Shown: piece by piece, positions 30,351 through 40,850 of the stretch | Layout: each line of letters starts with the position of its first letter | How positions within the stretch are numbered: the first letter of the stretch is position 1 | Source of the DNA: Negativicutes bacterium | Lineage (GTDB): Bacteria; Bacillota; Negativicutes; UBA1444 | NCBI GenBank assembly: GCA_963665275.2 | Contig: CAXXIN010000019.1 | Coordinates: forward strand, 96,001-160,000 | Length of the DNA: 64,000 nucleotides | Direction: 5' to 3' | Made by a program: the position numbers and the translations under genes | Notes under the pieces: model-generated | What the model was told of the DNA's origin: nothing | What the model saw: the letters and a program-made list of their open reading frames with translations, nothing else | Databases searched by the model: none

Positions 30351-33253
30351 GCTTCTTTTTTACGCTGCCCCGTTTTGCTATTTCCAGTAGTTTTGCTTCT
30401 GGCAGATTTTTTCACCGGAATCTCTGGCGCTTTTGCTGCAGGCAGTACCGGCTTCAGATATTGCCCGGTATAGGAGGCTTCCACCGTCGTCAGATATTCA
30501 GGTGTGCCCGAGGCAACAACGCGGCCGCCGCGCAGGCCGCCTTCCGGTCCGAGGTCGATCACATAATCCGCCCGTTTGATGACATCCAGATTATGTTCGA
30601 TGACGACGACCGTGTCACCGGCGTCCACCAAACGGTCCAGCACTTCCAGCAGGCGGTGCACATCCGCCACATGCAGGCCCGTGGTCGGTTCATCGAGAAT
30701 ATACAGGGTTTTCCCGGTGCTGCGTTTGGCCAGTTCGGTCGAGAGTTTCACCCGTTGCGCTTCGCCGCCGGACAGCGTGGTTGCCGGCTGACCGAGCTTG
30801 ATATAGTCCAATCCCACGTCATGCAGGACCTGCAGCTTCCGTTGGATTTTCGGCACGTTGGCAAAAAACTCCAACGCCTCCTCGACCACCATGTCGAGCA
30901 CCTGGGCAATATTTTTACCCTTGTAATGCACATCGAGGGTTTCGCGGTTATAGCGGGCCTCTTTGCATACTTCGCAGGGGACATAGACGTCCGGCAGGAA
31001 ATGCATCTCAATCTTGATCAGGCCGTCGCCCTTGCAGGACTCGCACCGGCCTCCCTTCACGTTGAAACTGAACCGGCCGGGCTTGTAGCCGCGCATCCGG
31101 GCTTCTGGCGTCTGACTGAACAGCTCGCGCACCGAGTCGAACAGTCCGGTGTAAGTGGCGGCGTTGGAACGGGGCGTGCGACCGATAGGAGACTGGTCGA
31201 TATCGATGATTTTGTCGATATACTCCGCGCCGCGGATCTCCGCATGCGCTCCCGGCCGGGTGCGGGTCCGGTAAACCTTCTGCGCCAGCGCCTTGTAGAG
31301 AATTTCATTCACTAGGGTGCTTTTGCCGGAGCCGGATACCCCGGTCACCGCTGTAAACAAACCAAGGGGGAACTTCACATCGATTCCCGCCAGGTTATTT
31401 TCCGTCGCGCCAAGGATCTCCACCCACTTGCCGTTGGCCTTGCGCCGGGTTTCCGGTACCGGGATGGACAGCTTGCCTGACAGGTATTGTCCGGTGATGG
31501 AAGCCTCGCAAGCCTGGATCTCTTCCACCGTTCCCTGCGCCACCAAATTTCCTCCGTGCACTCCGGCGCCTGGTCCGATGTCGATAATGTGGTCAGCGCT
31601 GAACATGGTTTCCTCGTCATGCTCCACGACCAGCAGAGTATTGCCGAGGTCGCGCAATTTTTTCAGCGCGTCCAGCAGTTTTTGGTTGTCGCGCTGGTGC
31701 AAACCGATGCTCGGCTCATCCAGAATATACAGCACACCGACCAAGCCGGAACCGATCTGAGTCGCCAGCCGGATGCGCTGAGCCTCCCCGCCGGACAGAG
31801 TGCCAGCGGCCCGGTCGAGCGAAATATAATCGAGTCCGACGTTCATCAGAAACCCCAATCGCGCGTCAATTTCCTTGCGAATTTGGACCGCAATGGCCTG
31901 TTCCCGTTCCGTCAGGTCCAGGTTCAGAAAAAAATCCCGGCTTTCACCGACCGTCATATGCGTGGTTTCCTGAATATTTTTGCCAGCGATTTTAACGGCC
32001 AGCGACTCTTTTTTCAGGCGCGCACCATGACAGACCGGACAGGGTTTGGAAGTCATGTATCGCTCGATTTCTTCGCGCATGGAGTCCGACGTTGATTCGC
32101 GATAACGCCGGGTTAAGAGCGGCAGAACGCCTTCGAAAGAAGTGAAATGCGTTTTGACTTCGCCGAATAAGTTTTCATATTCGAATGACAGGCGCTCGCC
32201 TTCCGACCCTTGCAGGATCAATTCGCGGACGTCCGCCGGCAGATCGTTCCAACGGATATCGAAAGAATAACCGCGTTTTTCGAGCAACACCTTCAGCTGG
32301 CACATGAAGAAAGATCCCGGATTGCTGGAGACGGCCGTGATCGCGCCTTCACCGAGGGTCTTGGTTCCATCCGGCACCACCATCTCGGGGTCGATCTCCA
32401 TATTGACCCCGAGGCCGGTGCAGGCAGGGCAGGCTCCATAAGGGGTGTTGAACGAAAACATGCGCGGCGCGATCTCCGGCAGGCTAATGCCGCAATCAAC
32501 GCAGGCGAAATTCTCGCTGAACGTCAGCTCCGTCTCCCCATTTACATCGACTGTGACCAGTCCTTCACCCAGTTTCAAGGCAGTCTCCAGGGATTCCGCC
32601 AGACGCCGGGCAACACTTTCTTTCACAACGATCCGGTCGATCACCGCTTCAATCGTATGCTTCTTTTTCTTATCGAGCTTGATCTCTTCCGCCAGCTCGC
32701 GAACTTCTCCATCGACCCGCACCCGAACGAAACCGTCCTTGCGAATCTCTTCCAATACTTTTTGATGCTCGCCTTTTTTTCCCCGAATTACCGGCGCCAA
32801 GAGGGTCAGCTTCGCCCCGTCGCCCAGCGCCAACAAGGCATCCACCATCTGCTGAATGGTTTGCTGCGTGATGGGCTCGCCGCACTCAGGGCAATGCGGA
32901 CGACCGGCCCGCGCGTACAGAAGCCGCAGGTAGTCGTAGATTTCCGTCACGGTTCCCACGGTGGAACGCGGATTGCGGCTCGTCGTCTTCTGGTCGATCG
33001 AGATGGCGGGAGACAGGCCTTCGATATAGTCCACATCCGGTTTATCCATCTGACCGAGGAACTGCCGGGCATAGGCTGACAATGATTCCACGTACCTGCG
33101 TTGACCTTCCGCGTAGATAGTGTCGAAGGCGAGAGAGGATTTGCCTGAACCGGACAGTCCGGTCAGCACCACCAGCTTGTCACGGGGAATTTCCACGTCG
33201 ATGTTCTTGAGGTTGTGTTGGCGGGCGCCTTTGATAATTATTTTATCTTTCAT
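30347..33253 (-). CDS. uvrA: Excinuclease ABC subunit A
   Basis: [14 protein letters not shown], two ABC cassettes, zinc fingers. Confidence 0.99.
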   Translation of the reverse strand: MKDKIIIKGARQHNLKNIDVEIPRDKLVVLTGLSGSGKSSLAFDTIYAEGQRRYVESLSAYARQFLGQMDKPDVDYIEGLSPAISIDQKTTSRNPRSTVGTVTEIYDYLRLLYARAGRPHCPECGEPITQQTIQQMVDALLALGDGAKLTLLAPVIRGKKGEHQKVLEEIRKDGFVRVRVDGEVRELAEEIKLDKKKKHTIEAVIDRIVVKESVARRLAESLETALKLGEGLVTVDVNGETELTFSENFACVDCGISLPEIAPRMFSFNTPYGACPACTGLGVNMEIDPEMVVPDGTKTLGEGAITAVSSNPGSFFMCQLKVLLEKRGYSFDIRWNDLPADVRELILQGSEGERLSFEYENLFGEVKTHFTSFEGVLPLLTRRYRESTSDSMREEIERYMTSKPCPVCHGARLKKESLAVKIAGKNIQETTHMTVGESRDFFLNLDLTEREQAIAVQIRKEIDARLGFLMNVGLDYISLDRAAGTLSGGEAQRIRLATQIGSGLVGVLYILDEPSIGLHQRDNQKLLDALKKLRDLGNTLLVVEHDEETMFSADHIIDIGPGAGVHGGNLVAQGTVEEIQACEASITGQYLSGKLSIPVPETRRKANGKWVEILGATENNLAGIDVKFPLGLFTAVTGVSGSGKSTLVNEILYKALAQKVYRTRTRPGAHAEIRGAEYIDKIIDIDQSPIGRTPRSNAATYTGLFDSVRELFSQTPEARMRGYKPGRFSFNVKGGRCESCKGDGLIKIEMHFLPDVYVPCEVCKEARYNRETLDVHYKGKNIAQVLDMVVEEALEFFANVPKIQRKLQVLHDVGLDYIKLGQPATTLSGGEAQRVKLSTELAKRSTGKTLYILDEPTTGLHVADVHRLLEVLDRLVDAGDTVVVIEHNLDVIKRADYVIDLGPEGGLRGGRVVASGTPEYLTTVEASYTGQYLKPVLPAAKAPEIPVKKSARSKTTGNSKTGQRKKEA

Positions 33254-33536
33254 TTGAGAGTTTTACCCTTTTTCCACCTGTTGCAGCTTGTTAACCCTTG
33301 CAAACATTGGAATCCTTTATTTATTTGCCTGGCAAAAATCGTTGATGCATCATAACGCCTTGCGAAGTTCCATTTCCAAGGACTCATCAACTACGCATTC
33401 GTCCAATGCTTATGTTATCATTTTACTAAAAAAGAAACATTATCGCAAAGGCACATCGACCGAACGGATCGCAGCATCAGCCACTCCAGCGTCATTGGGC
33501 GACTTTTAATCGTTTGTTTGGAGTTATAGATCAATA

Positions 33537-33737
33537 TTATCTTTTGATCATCCCTGCAATTTTGCGGTAAATGATAGGCGTACAAAAATATGAGGCAACA
33601 GCTGCAATCCCATAGGCGGCAGACATGGAACCGAATTCGGTCCCTGGCGGCAAAAGCAGTGATGGGATTGCTAAAACTGCTAATAATATCAAAAAACATA
33701 ATAAACCGATCACTGCATAGCAGACCCATTTAATCAT
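33537..33737 (-). CDS. Small 66-aa two-TM hypothetical protein
   Basis: MIKWVCYAVIGLLCFLILLAV...; AAGGAG RBS; two hydrophobic helices. Confidence 0.55.
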   Translation of the reverse strand: MIKWVCYAVIGLLCFLILLAVLAIPSLLLPPGTEFGSMSAAYGIAAVASYFCTPIIYRKIAGMIKR

Positions 33738-33849
33738 TCTTCCCACGCTCCTTTTATTTATAAGCACAAGCACGACTTTGCATCCTTGAAATATTTCCGT
33801 TTGCGTTCCTGCCAATCATTCAATTGATACACAGCCGCCCCTTCACGAA

Positions 33850-33863
33850 CGAACAAACGTTTG
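33850..33863. promoter_or_regulatory. LexA (Cheo/SOS) box
   Basis: CGAACAAACGTTTG against consensus CGAACRNRYGTTYC, just downstream of minus-strand TTGCAT-N16-TATAAT (33872-33899), which points toward uvrA. Confidence 0.7.
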
Positions 33864-34034
33864 TATATTAAATTATAGCGAATTTGCTGGAGAATGCAAC
33901 TAGGAAAAACTTCAAACTTATTATAACAAACCTTTCGTATAATTCCTGCTGATGACAAATGATACCTTTTCCAAAAAACAAAACCGCCCACCCTGCCGAA
34001 GCTGGATGAGCGAGCAATCCTTACAAATGAACTT

Positions 34035-34262
34035 TTATTTGCCCAATATCTCGACAATCTCGCTGGTCGATATCGAGGTTCCGTTGGGCCACATGACTGC
34101 GCGGCCGTCTGTCGTCGCCGAGGCAAACAGAGCCCAATCGCTCAGTTCGGAAAAACGGACCGTCTGAAGTTTTCGCTTCATGTCGAGAGTCACCGTATGT
34201 TCGTTGTCAAAGGTTACAGTCAACAAATAGTCCGCGCTGGCGACGACTCTGATGATTTTCAT
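34035..34262 (-). CDS. DUF2442-like small protein
   Basis: I..V....DY.L.V.FDN......D.......RF..L.D...F......G..V.W.NG pattern; GAGGTG RBS. Confidence 0.75.
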   Translation of the reverse strand: MKIIRVVASADYLLTVTFDNEHTVTLDMKRKLQTVRFSELSDWALFASATTDGRAVMWPNGTSISTSEIVEILGK

Positions 34263-34363
34263 GATCCTGCACCTCATATTTTTTTGATCCGACAGAATGG
34301 GAACAGTAAACAAAGGCTGACGTTCTTTCCCCATTTATCATAGAACAGGTCCTCTGTCACAAC

Positions 34364-34382
34364 TACTATCAAAAAGTATAGT
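34364..34382 (-). promoter_or_regulatory. Putative operator for the LuxR/MalT-like activator, copy 1
   Basis: ACTATACTTTTTGATAGTA (minus strand), 21 bp upstream of TATGAT (34337-34342); 16/19 identical to copy 2. Confidence 0.65.
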
Positions 34383-34423
34383 CTTTGCGTTTCCACATTC
34401 TCGTTCGCCATAAGTCCTGGCGA

Positions 34424-34452
34424 GCAGGAAAAATCCCCCTCGAATCGAATAG
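34424..34452 (+). promoter_or_regulatory. Sigma-H-like promoter of the MalT-like regulator
   Basis: GCAGGAAAA-N11-ATCGAATAG, about 40 bp before the ATG. Confidence 0.55.
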
Positions 34453-34491
34453 ATAATAGATATTTAAGTATAGTTAAAACAGGAGTGCCTT

Positions 34492-36969
34492 ATGCCCCAC
34501 TATAATCCTACCGCCCTGTATCTCCGCAAGCCGATCCGTACGATCCTGAACCGGCTTCTTGAAACTCCGCTCACCGTCGTGGAAGCGCCGATGGGATACG
34601 GCAAAACCACTGCAGTACGAGAATTCGCCAAAGAATCGGGCGCCTTTGTCATTTGGAAAACCCTGGACAACGATTCGGTCCAGGCGTTTTGGTCTGGCTT
34701 TTCCCGTTTGATTGGGACAGTGGATCAGAATTGTTCGCAGCAACTGGCGAAACTGGGTCTTCCCGATACCGACTTTTTCCTGGATGAAGCGATCAATCTC
34801 TTGGGGAAAGTTTCCTTCCCGCAACGCACACTGCTCGTGATCGACGATTATCACCTGCTGTTGTCGCCGGAAGCTGACCATTTTATTGAAACATTGATTA
34901 AAGCGGAACTCCCGAACCTGCATGTCGTGGTCATATCGCGGGTCGTTTTTGGCAGCAAAATCACAGAGCTTCGGCTTAAAGGGTATTGCACCCTCATCGA
35001 CAAACACCATTTTGAACTGACACCCGCCGAAATTGTGGAATACTATAAAAATTGCGGCGTCCGCCTCACTGCAAAGCAGGCGGCGGATCTGTTTTCCTAC
35101 ACGGAAGGCTGGATCAGCGCCTTGTACCTGTGTCTCTTAAGTTTTTTGCAAGAAGGCCGAATTGAGCATCAGGTGAGTCTGCATGAATTACTGGAAAAAG
35201 CTGTTTATCAGCAATGTTCTGATGAAGTAAAGAATTTTTTACTCACGTTCTGTATTTTCGACAACTTTTCACTGGTGCAGGCGGAAGCCCTGTGGCCGCA
35301 AAGCGATGCCCAGGCGATCCTCAAAAAACTTGTGGCCCAAAACGCTTTTATTGCCTATAATGCATCAACCCAGACCTTTCAGCTGCATAACATCCTGACT
35401 GTTTTTTTACGGGGACTGTTTGACCGGAAAAGCATCGAAGAGAAAAAAAGCATCTGGCAGGCTGCCGGACGCTGGTTTTTTGCCAGCAAAGACTTTCTCT
35501 CCGCCATGGAGTATTTTTACCAAGCTGCCGACTACGACAATTTGATGACCGCGCTGGAATCGAACAAAGGCTTCGCCGAGAATTCGTCGCATCTGGAATC
35601 CATGCGGCGTTACTTTCGGGATTCGCCGCCGGCAATCATCGCTATGCACCCAAGAGCCTCACTAATCTTCGCCTTAGAGCTGTTTGCCAATAATGAGTAT
35701 GAGCTGTTCGCTATCCAGTGCCGGACAATCCATGAAAACATCGCCCTGACCCCCCAGCTTGCCGAAAAGGAAAAGAATCAGCTGTCCGGCGAACTGGAGT
35801 TTTTGTGCAGTTTCTCCCAATTCAACCGCATCCAGGCCATGTCCGCCTATCATCAGAACGCCTGCCGCCTGATGCATAAACCCACGGACTTTTTCGACCG
35901 CAACGGTTCCTGGTCGTTCGAATCTCCTTCCATTGTTTACATGTTCCACAGAGAGCGCGGCGGTTTGGATCAGGAAGTCCGCGACCTCACTGCGGGCATG
36001 CCCGCCTACTATGCAATCAGCGGTTACCATGGATTCGGCGGTGACTATGCCATGCAGGCAGAACAGCATTACTTCTGCGGCGAATTCGAAAACGCTGAAA
36101 TTGCCGCTCACACAGCGCTCTATGCCGCAAAATCAAAGAATCAGCTGTCCCCGCTTCTGGCCGCGCTTTTTGTTCATCTCCGTCTGGCGTTGCTGCGAGG
36201 AGATGCTGCCGCCGTTACAGACGTCATGGAGCAAATGCGTGAAGAAATCCGTCAGGGGGGGCTTTCAGCTTATTTGCATACTTTCGATCTATGTGAAGGA
36301 TTCTTGTATGGTTCCTTATCCGATGGAAAGAAAATTCCTGACTGGATTGTGGCGGGAAACGAGCGGGAAACCCGGATACCCTTCCCCACGCAGGGGTATT
36401 ACAATATTATCTATGGCAAAGCCCTATTGATCCAGGGTGAATTCGCCAAATTTCTGGGGCTTGCCACCCAATTCCAGAACGTTGCCGCTATTTTTCCCAA
36501 CCTCTTGGCGCAACTCTACATCTTTATTTATGAAGCGGCAGCTTGTTTCCGAATGGGCCGGATAGAATCAGCGCAGAACGCCCTCTACCAGGCGCTGGAT
36601 TTGGCGGCGCCCGATCGCCTGATAATGCCCTTTGTCGAAAACGCCTCTTTTATCCTGCCTGTAATAACGAGTCTTACCGCAACAGGCCCCCAGGCATCCT
36701 TTCTTCACGATATCCAGGTGCTCCATGTGAAATACGCCAAAGGAGTTGCGGAGGTTCAGCATTCCCTGACCACCGGCGCGAGAAACCCTTTGAAGCTCAC
36801 CGCCCGGGAACAGGAAATCGCGGAACTTGTGGCATCCGGACTATCCAATCAACGGATCGCCGCCACCCTATTCATCACGGAGGCCACCGTTAAAAAGTCG
36901 CTGCAAAACACCTATACCAAATTGAATATCAACAGCCGGACTGCACTTGCCAAAATAATTCTTGGATAA
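34492..36969 (+). CDS. MalT-like STAND ATPase / LuxR-family transcriptional regulator
   Basis: Walker A APMGYGKTT, Walker B LLVIDDYH, VVISR, TEGW, helical sensor region, C-terminal LTAREQEIA...GLSN..IA..LFITEATVK HTH. Confidence 0.92.
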   Translation: MPHYNPTALYLRKPIRTILNRLLETPLTVVEAPMGYGKTTAVREFAKESGAFVIWKTLDNDSVQAFWSGFSRLIGTVDQNCSQQLAKLGLPDTDFFLDEAINLLGKVSFPQRTLLVIDDYHLLLSPEADHFIETLIKAELPNLHVVVISRVVFGSKITELRLKGYCTLIDKHHFELTPAEIVEYYKNCGVRLTAKQAADLFSYTEGWISALYLCLLSFLQEGRIEHQVSLHELLEKAVYQQCSDEVKNFLLTFCIFDNFSLVQAEALWPQSDAQAILKKLVAQNAFIAYNASTQTFQLHNILTVFLRGLFDRKSIEEKKSIWQAAGRWFFASKDFLSAMEYFYQAADYDNLMTALESNKGFAENSSHLESMRRYFRDSPPAIIAMHPRASLIFALELFANNEYELFAIQCRTIHENIALTPQLAEKEKNQLSGELEFLCSFSQFNRIQAMSAYHQNACRLMHKPTDFFDRNGSWSFESPSIVYMFHRERGGLDQEVRDLTAGMPAYYAISGYHGFGGDYAMQAEQHYFCGEFENAEIAAHTALYAAKSKNQLSPLLAALFVHLRLALLRGDAAAVTDVMEQMREEIRQGGLSAYLHTFDLCEGFLYGSLSDGKKIPDWIVAGNERETRIPFPTQGYYNIIYGKALLIQGEFAKFLGLATQFQNVAAIFPNLLAQLYIFIYEAAACFRMGRIESAQNALYQALDLAAPDRLIMPFVENASFILPVITSLTATGPQASFLHDIQVLHVKYAKGVAEVQHSLTTGARNPLKLTAREQEIAELVASGLSNQRIAATLFITEATVKKSLQNTYTKLNINSRTALAKIILG

Positions 36970-36989
36970 ACTGCGATATATCGGCAAAA

Positions 36990-37008
36990 AGTATACTTTC
37001 GGATAGTA
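36990..37008 (+). promoter_or_regulatory. Putative operator for the LuxR/MalT-like activator, copy 2
   Basis: AGTATACTTTCGGATAGTA, 21 bp upstream of TAAAAT (37030-37035). Confidence 0.65.
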
Positions 37009-37146
37009 TCGTTTCAGGCTTAAGCATTTTAAAATAAATGCATAAGCCTTTTGTTTTCTAAAGAGGAGGATCGTGTGAAAGCATCTGGAGAAAACAGGCG
37101 TAAACAGACAACAAAGAAATAAAATTGAATGGGGGATTATTATTCT

Positions 37147-37497
37147 ATGAAAAAACTCGCATTGATTCTGACCGTCATGTTCGTTCTGGCCTTATCCTGC
37201 AATATTGCCTTCGCCGGCGCCCAGGACTTCACCCTGATCAACAACGCCAAATACAATATCGTCAAAGTTTATGTGTCTCCATCTGTCTCCAATGACTGGC
37301 AGGAAGATGTTCTCGGCGATGAAGTGCTGATGATCGGCGAAAGAGTCAATATCACGTTCGACCGCAGCGAAACCGACGCCATGTGGGACATTCGGGTCGT
37401 TGATGAAAACGAAAAAACGCACACCTGGAAAAACATCAACCTCAAGAAAATTTCCACTGTCACCCTGAACCCCACTGGAACCGCCAGCTGGAAATAA
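37147..37497 (+). CDS. Small secreted beta-rich protein of unknown function
   Basis: Sec signal MKKLALILTVMFVLALSCNIAFA; mature part QDFTLIN...VYVSPS...WQEDVLG...WDIRV...INL. Confidence 0.8.
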   Translation: MKKLALILTVMFVLALSCNIAFAGAQDFTLINNAKYNIVKVYVSPSVSNDWQEDVLGDEVLMIGERVNITFDRSETDAMWDIRVVDENEKTHTWKNINLKKISTVTLNPTGTASWK

Positions 37498-37547
37498 CCT
37501 GCAAAGCACATCAGCTGCAAATGCAAAAGGGTTTTTAATGATGACAT

Positions 37548-37601
37548 ATAAAAGAGGCTGCGAGGATTACTTTTAAAAAAGTGTCCCACAGCCTCTTTTA
37601 T
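37548..37601. terminator. Bidirectional terminator between the secreted-protein gene and uvrB
   Basis: ATAAAAGAGGCTG...CAGCCTCTTTTAT inverted repeat between convergent genes. Confidence 0.75.
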
Positions 37602-37614
37602 ATTACGGCGCCTG

Positions 37615-39591
37615 TCACCGGTTCTTGTCGCGTATTTCGAAGATCATGTCGCGGAGTTCGGCGGCCCGTTCGTACTCAAGCGCCTTGGCCGCGGTGCGCA
37701 TATCTTTCTCGAGCTTGGCAAGCAGCGCCTGTGTTTCCTTTTTACCCAATTTTTTTATCTCTTTGACGGTATAGGGTGTCGCGCGTTCGGCGACCTTCGT
37801 CGTCTGAATGAGCTCCCTGACTTTTTTCTGAATGCTGGTCGGCGTAATGCCGTGTTCGACATTGTAGGCCTCCTGCACCGCCCGCCGCCGGTCGGTCTCG
37901 CCAATGGCCCGCCGCATGGAGTCGGTGATGCGATCGGCGTACATGATGACCTTGCCGTGTACGTTGCGGGCCGCCCTCCCGATCGTCTGAATCAGGGAAG
38001 TATCGGAACGCAGGAACCCTTCCTTGTCCGCGTCAAGGATAGCGATCAGCGACACTTCCGGCAGATCGAGGCCTTCCCGCAGCAGGTTGATGCCAACGAG
38101 CACGTCGAAATCGCCGAACCGCAGACCACGGATAATCTCAGCCCGTTCGAGGGTCTCGATCTCGGAATGCAGATAACGGACCCGGATCCCCATCTCCCGG
38201 AAATAGTTCGTCAGGTTTTCCGACATTTTCTTGGTCAGGGTCGTGACCAGCACCCGTTCGTTCGCCTCGACCCGGCCATTGATCTCACTGATCAGATCGT
38301 CGATCTGCCCCTCGATCGGCCGCACTTCCACTATGGGATCGACCAGACCTGTCGGCCGGATGATCTGCTGCGCCACCTGCGTCGCCGAATTCAATTCATA
38401 GGCCGCCGGTGTGGCGGACACATAAACGATTTGGCGGATACGCCCCTCGAATTCCTCGAACTTCAGAGGCCGATTGTCGAGCGCTGACGGCAGCCGAAAC
38501 CCGAAGTCGATCAGGTTCTGCTTGCGCGAACGGTCACCGTTGTACATCGCGTGAATCTGCGGCATCGTTACATGGGATTCGTCGATGACGATAAGAAAAT
38601 CCTCCGGAAAGTAATCGATGAGAGTGAACGGCGGCTCCCCAGGCGCTCGCCCCGTCAAATGCCGCGAATAATTTTCGATGCCGGAGCAATACCCCATCTC
38701 CTGCATCATCTCCAGATCATAGCGGGTGCGTTGCTCGATCCGCTGCGCTTCCAGCAGGCGGTCTTCACGCTTGAAGTAAGCGAGCCGGTCGTCCAGTTCG
38801 GTTTCGATATCATGGGCCGCCCTGAGCAGATTCTCCCGCGACGTCACAAAGTGGGAGGCCGGATAAATCGCGATATGATTGCGTTCCGACAGGATTTCGC
38901 CAGTCACGCTGTCGATCTCCTGAATTTTTTCCACCTCATCGCCGAACAAGGAAATCCGAATCACTTTCTCGTTCGCACTGGCCGGGAACACCTCGATGAC
39001 ATCGCCGCGCACGCGGAACGTGCCGCGTGTGAACGCCACATCATTGCGATCATACTGAATCTCGATCAATTTGCGCAGAATCTCATCCCGATCCCGCGTC
39101 TGCCCCTGGCGCAACGACAGCACCATATTATAGTACTCGTCCGGCGAACCGAGGCCATAGATGCAGGAAACACTGGCCACGACGATAACGTCGCGGCGCT
39201 CGAACAGGGAGCTGGTGGCGGAGTGGCGAAGTTTATCGATTTCATCGTTGATGGATGAATCTTTTTCGATATACGTGTCGGATGCGGCGACATAGGCTTC
39301 CGGCTGATAATAATCGTAATAACTGACGAAATACTCCACCGCGTTATGCGGGAAGAACTCTTTGAATTCGCTGGCCAGTTGTGCGGCCAGCGTTTTATTA
39401 TGCGCAATGACCAGTGTCGGTTTCTGCACGGCCTCGATGACTTTGGCCATCGTGAAGGTCTTGCCGGTTCCGGTCGCCCCCAGCAACACCTGGGCCTTGT
39501 CACCCCGCTTGATTCCCTCTGTCAATTTGGCGATGGCGTCCGGTTGGTCGCCCAGCGGCACAAAGGGAGCTTCAACTTGAAACTCTGGCAT
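37615..39591 (-). CDS. uvrB: Excinuclease ABC subunit B
   Basis: [42 protein letters not shown]. Confidence 0.99.
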   Translation of the reverse strand: MPEFQVEAPFVPLGDQPDAIAKLTEGIKRGDKAQVLLGATGTGKTFTMAKVIEAVQKPTLVIAHNKTLAAQLASEFKEFFPHNAVEYFVSYYDYYQPEAYVAASDTYIEKDSSINDEIDKLRHSATSSLFERRDVIVVASVSCIYGLGSPDEYYNMVLSLRQGQTRDRDEILRKLIEIQYDRNDVAFTRGTFRVRGDVIEVFPASANEKVIRISLFGDEVEKIQEIDSVTGEILSERNHIAIYPASHFVTSRENLLRAAHDIETELDDRLAYFKREDRLLEAQRIEQRTRYDLEMMQEMGYCSGIENYSRHLTGRAPGEPPFTLIDYFPEDFLIVIDESHVTMPQIHAMYNGDRSRKQNLIDFGFRLPSALDNRPLKFEEFEGRIRQIVYVSATPAAYELNSATQVAQQIIRPTGLVDPIVEVRPIEGQIDDLISEINGRVEANERVLVTTLTKKMSENLTNYFREMGIRVRYLHSEIETLERAEIIRGLRFGDFDVLVGINLLREGLDLPEVSLIAILDADKEGFLRSDTSLIQTIGRAARNVHGKVIMYADRITDSMRRAIGETDRRRAVQEAYNVEHGITPTSIQKKVRELIQTTKVAERATPYTVKEIKKLGKKETQALLAKLEKDMRTAAKALEYERAAELRDMIFEIRDKNR

Positions 39592-40850
39592 TATTTATCC
39601 CTCCGCAAGAAATTCAGGGCCCGTTGAAACAATTTTGCAATCGGCCCGCCAGAACCCTCGGACATCGTCACATAATAAGTTTCATGACCCTCAGGAACCA
39701 ATATCAGGCCGAGCATCCGCGGCCCGGGCGGAAAGCGGCCATCCAGCTTCAGTTCCTGCCCTGCGCGCAGCACCGTCATTTCGAACAGCGGCGGCGCCCA
39801 TTCGATCGCATGAGCGAGTCCCCCGCCCCGATTGGTCACGAGTCCGGAAATCTCCAGAATCACATCGCCGGTCCGCACTCCCATCTGTCTAGCTATACCG
39901 TCAGCAATGGCTTCGAGCACCATCACACCCCGTTCCGGCGGGACATAGAGAGGAATCCCTGCCATTTCCATCCGGTTGTCGCGCCGCACCAGGAACTCAT
40001 GCCCCAGCGGTGACAACAACGCAGCCGGCAGTTTCAGCCAGGCGAACTTCGCAGCCAGCAGCGCCATCGTGAGCAGGCTCAGACTGTAGAGCGCCAGCGC
40101 CAGCGCCGACTTTCGCCGCCGCTGCTGCGGTGTGCTTGAGATCGCCATATCCGTATATCCCAGAGCCGCTACCACCGGCATCATCACGTACACCCACTCG
40201 AAACCGGCCGGCGGATCGATGCCGAGCGGCAGCAGCGGCCACCAGTCAGGCGTATGAAAAACCCCCTCCGGCAAAGCAGTGGCCTTCATCGCGACCGTGC
40301 TGAGCACTACGAGGGGGAGCGGCCAGAAATTTTGCAGATTGAAGGCGCCGACCAAACGACCGCCGTGTTTCAGAATAACAGGCACGGAACCATAACGTCC
40401 GCTGATGGCGATGAGAACGCTCTCGGTCACATGCAGGGCCGCTACCAACGCCAGCACCTGCGGCACGTCGACATCCGGCCATCCGGTAAGTGCGCTGGCG
40501 ACAGCAACGAGGCCGCCAGCATACGCAAAGCAGAGAAACCGGATGTTGATCATGGCTAGGAAAATCGCCAGCGGCCAAATATATTGGAATCCCATCCGCT
40601 CGATATTGACGCCGACCAGGGTCAGCACCAGGCTTCCCATCAGTCCGCCAACGGTTCCATAGAGCATCGCCCACATCACCTGACGGCCGAGCGGCACCCC
40701 CGTCAGACCAAACATGGCCTGTTGGTTTTTTTGCATCTGCCAGTATTGATACGCAACGATCCCCAGAATGCCCCAAAACAGCGGCTCGAGAAAAACCGCC
40801 ACCGTTGTGATGAACAGCATCTGAAAAACATCCAGCCATGGCATATCCAT
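39591..40850 (-). CDS. PDZ-domain membrane protein (MinJ/YvjD-like)
   Basis: [21 protein letters not shown]-terminal PDZ; same ctp-minJ-uvrB order as in Bacillus. Confidence 0.75.
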   Translation of the reverse strand: MDMPWLDVFQMLFITTVAVFLEPLFWGILGIVAYQYWQMQKNQQAMFGLTGVPLGRQVMWAMLYGTVGGLMGSLVLTLVGVNIERMGFQYIWPLAIFLAMINIRFLCFAYAGGLVAVASALTGWPDVDVPQVLALVAALHVTESVLIAISGRYGSVPVILKHGGRLVGAFNLQNFWPLPLVVLSTVAMKATALPEGVFHTPDWWPLLPLGIDPPAGFEWVYVMMPVVAALGYTDMAISSTPQQRRRKSALALALYSLSLLTMALLAAKFAWLKLPAALLSPLGHEFLVRRDNRMEMAGIPLYVPPERGVMVLEAIADGIARQMGVRTGDVILEISGLVTNRGGGLAHAIEWAPPLFEMTVLRAGQELKLDGRFPPGPRMLGLILVPEGHETYYVTMSEGSGGPIAKLFQRALNFLRRDK

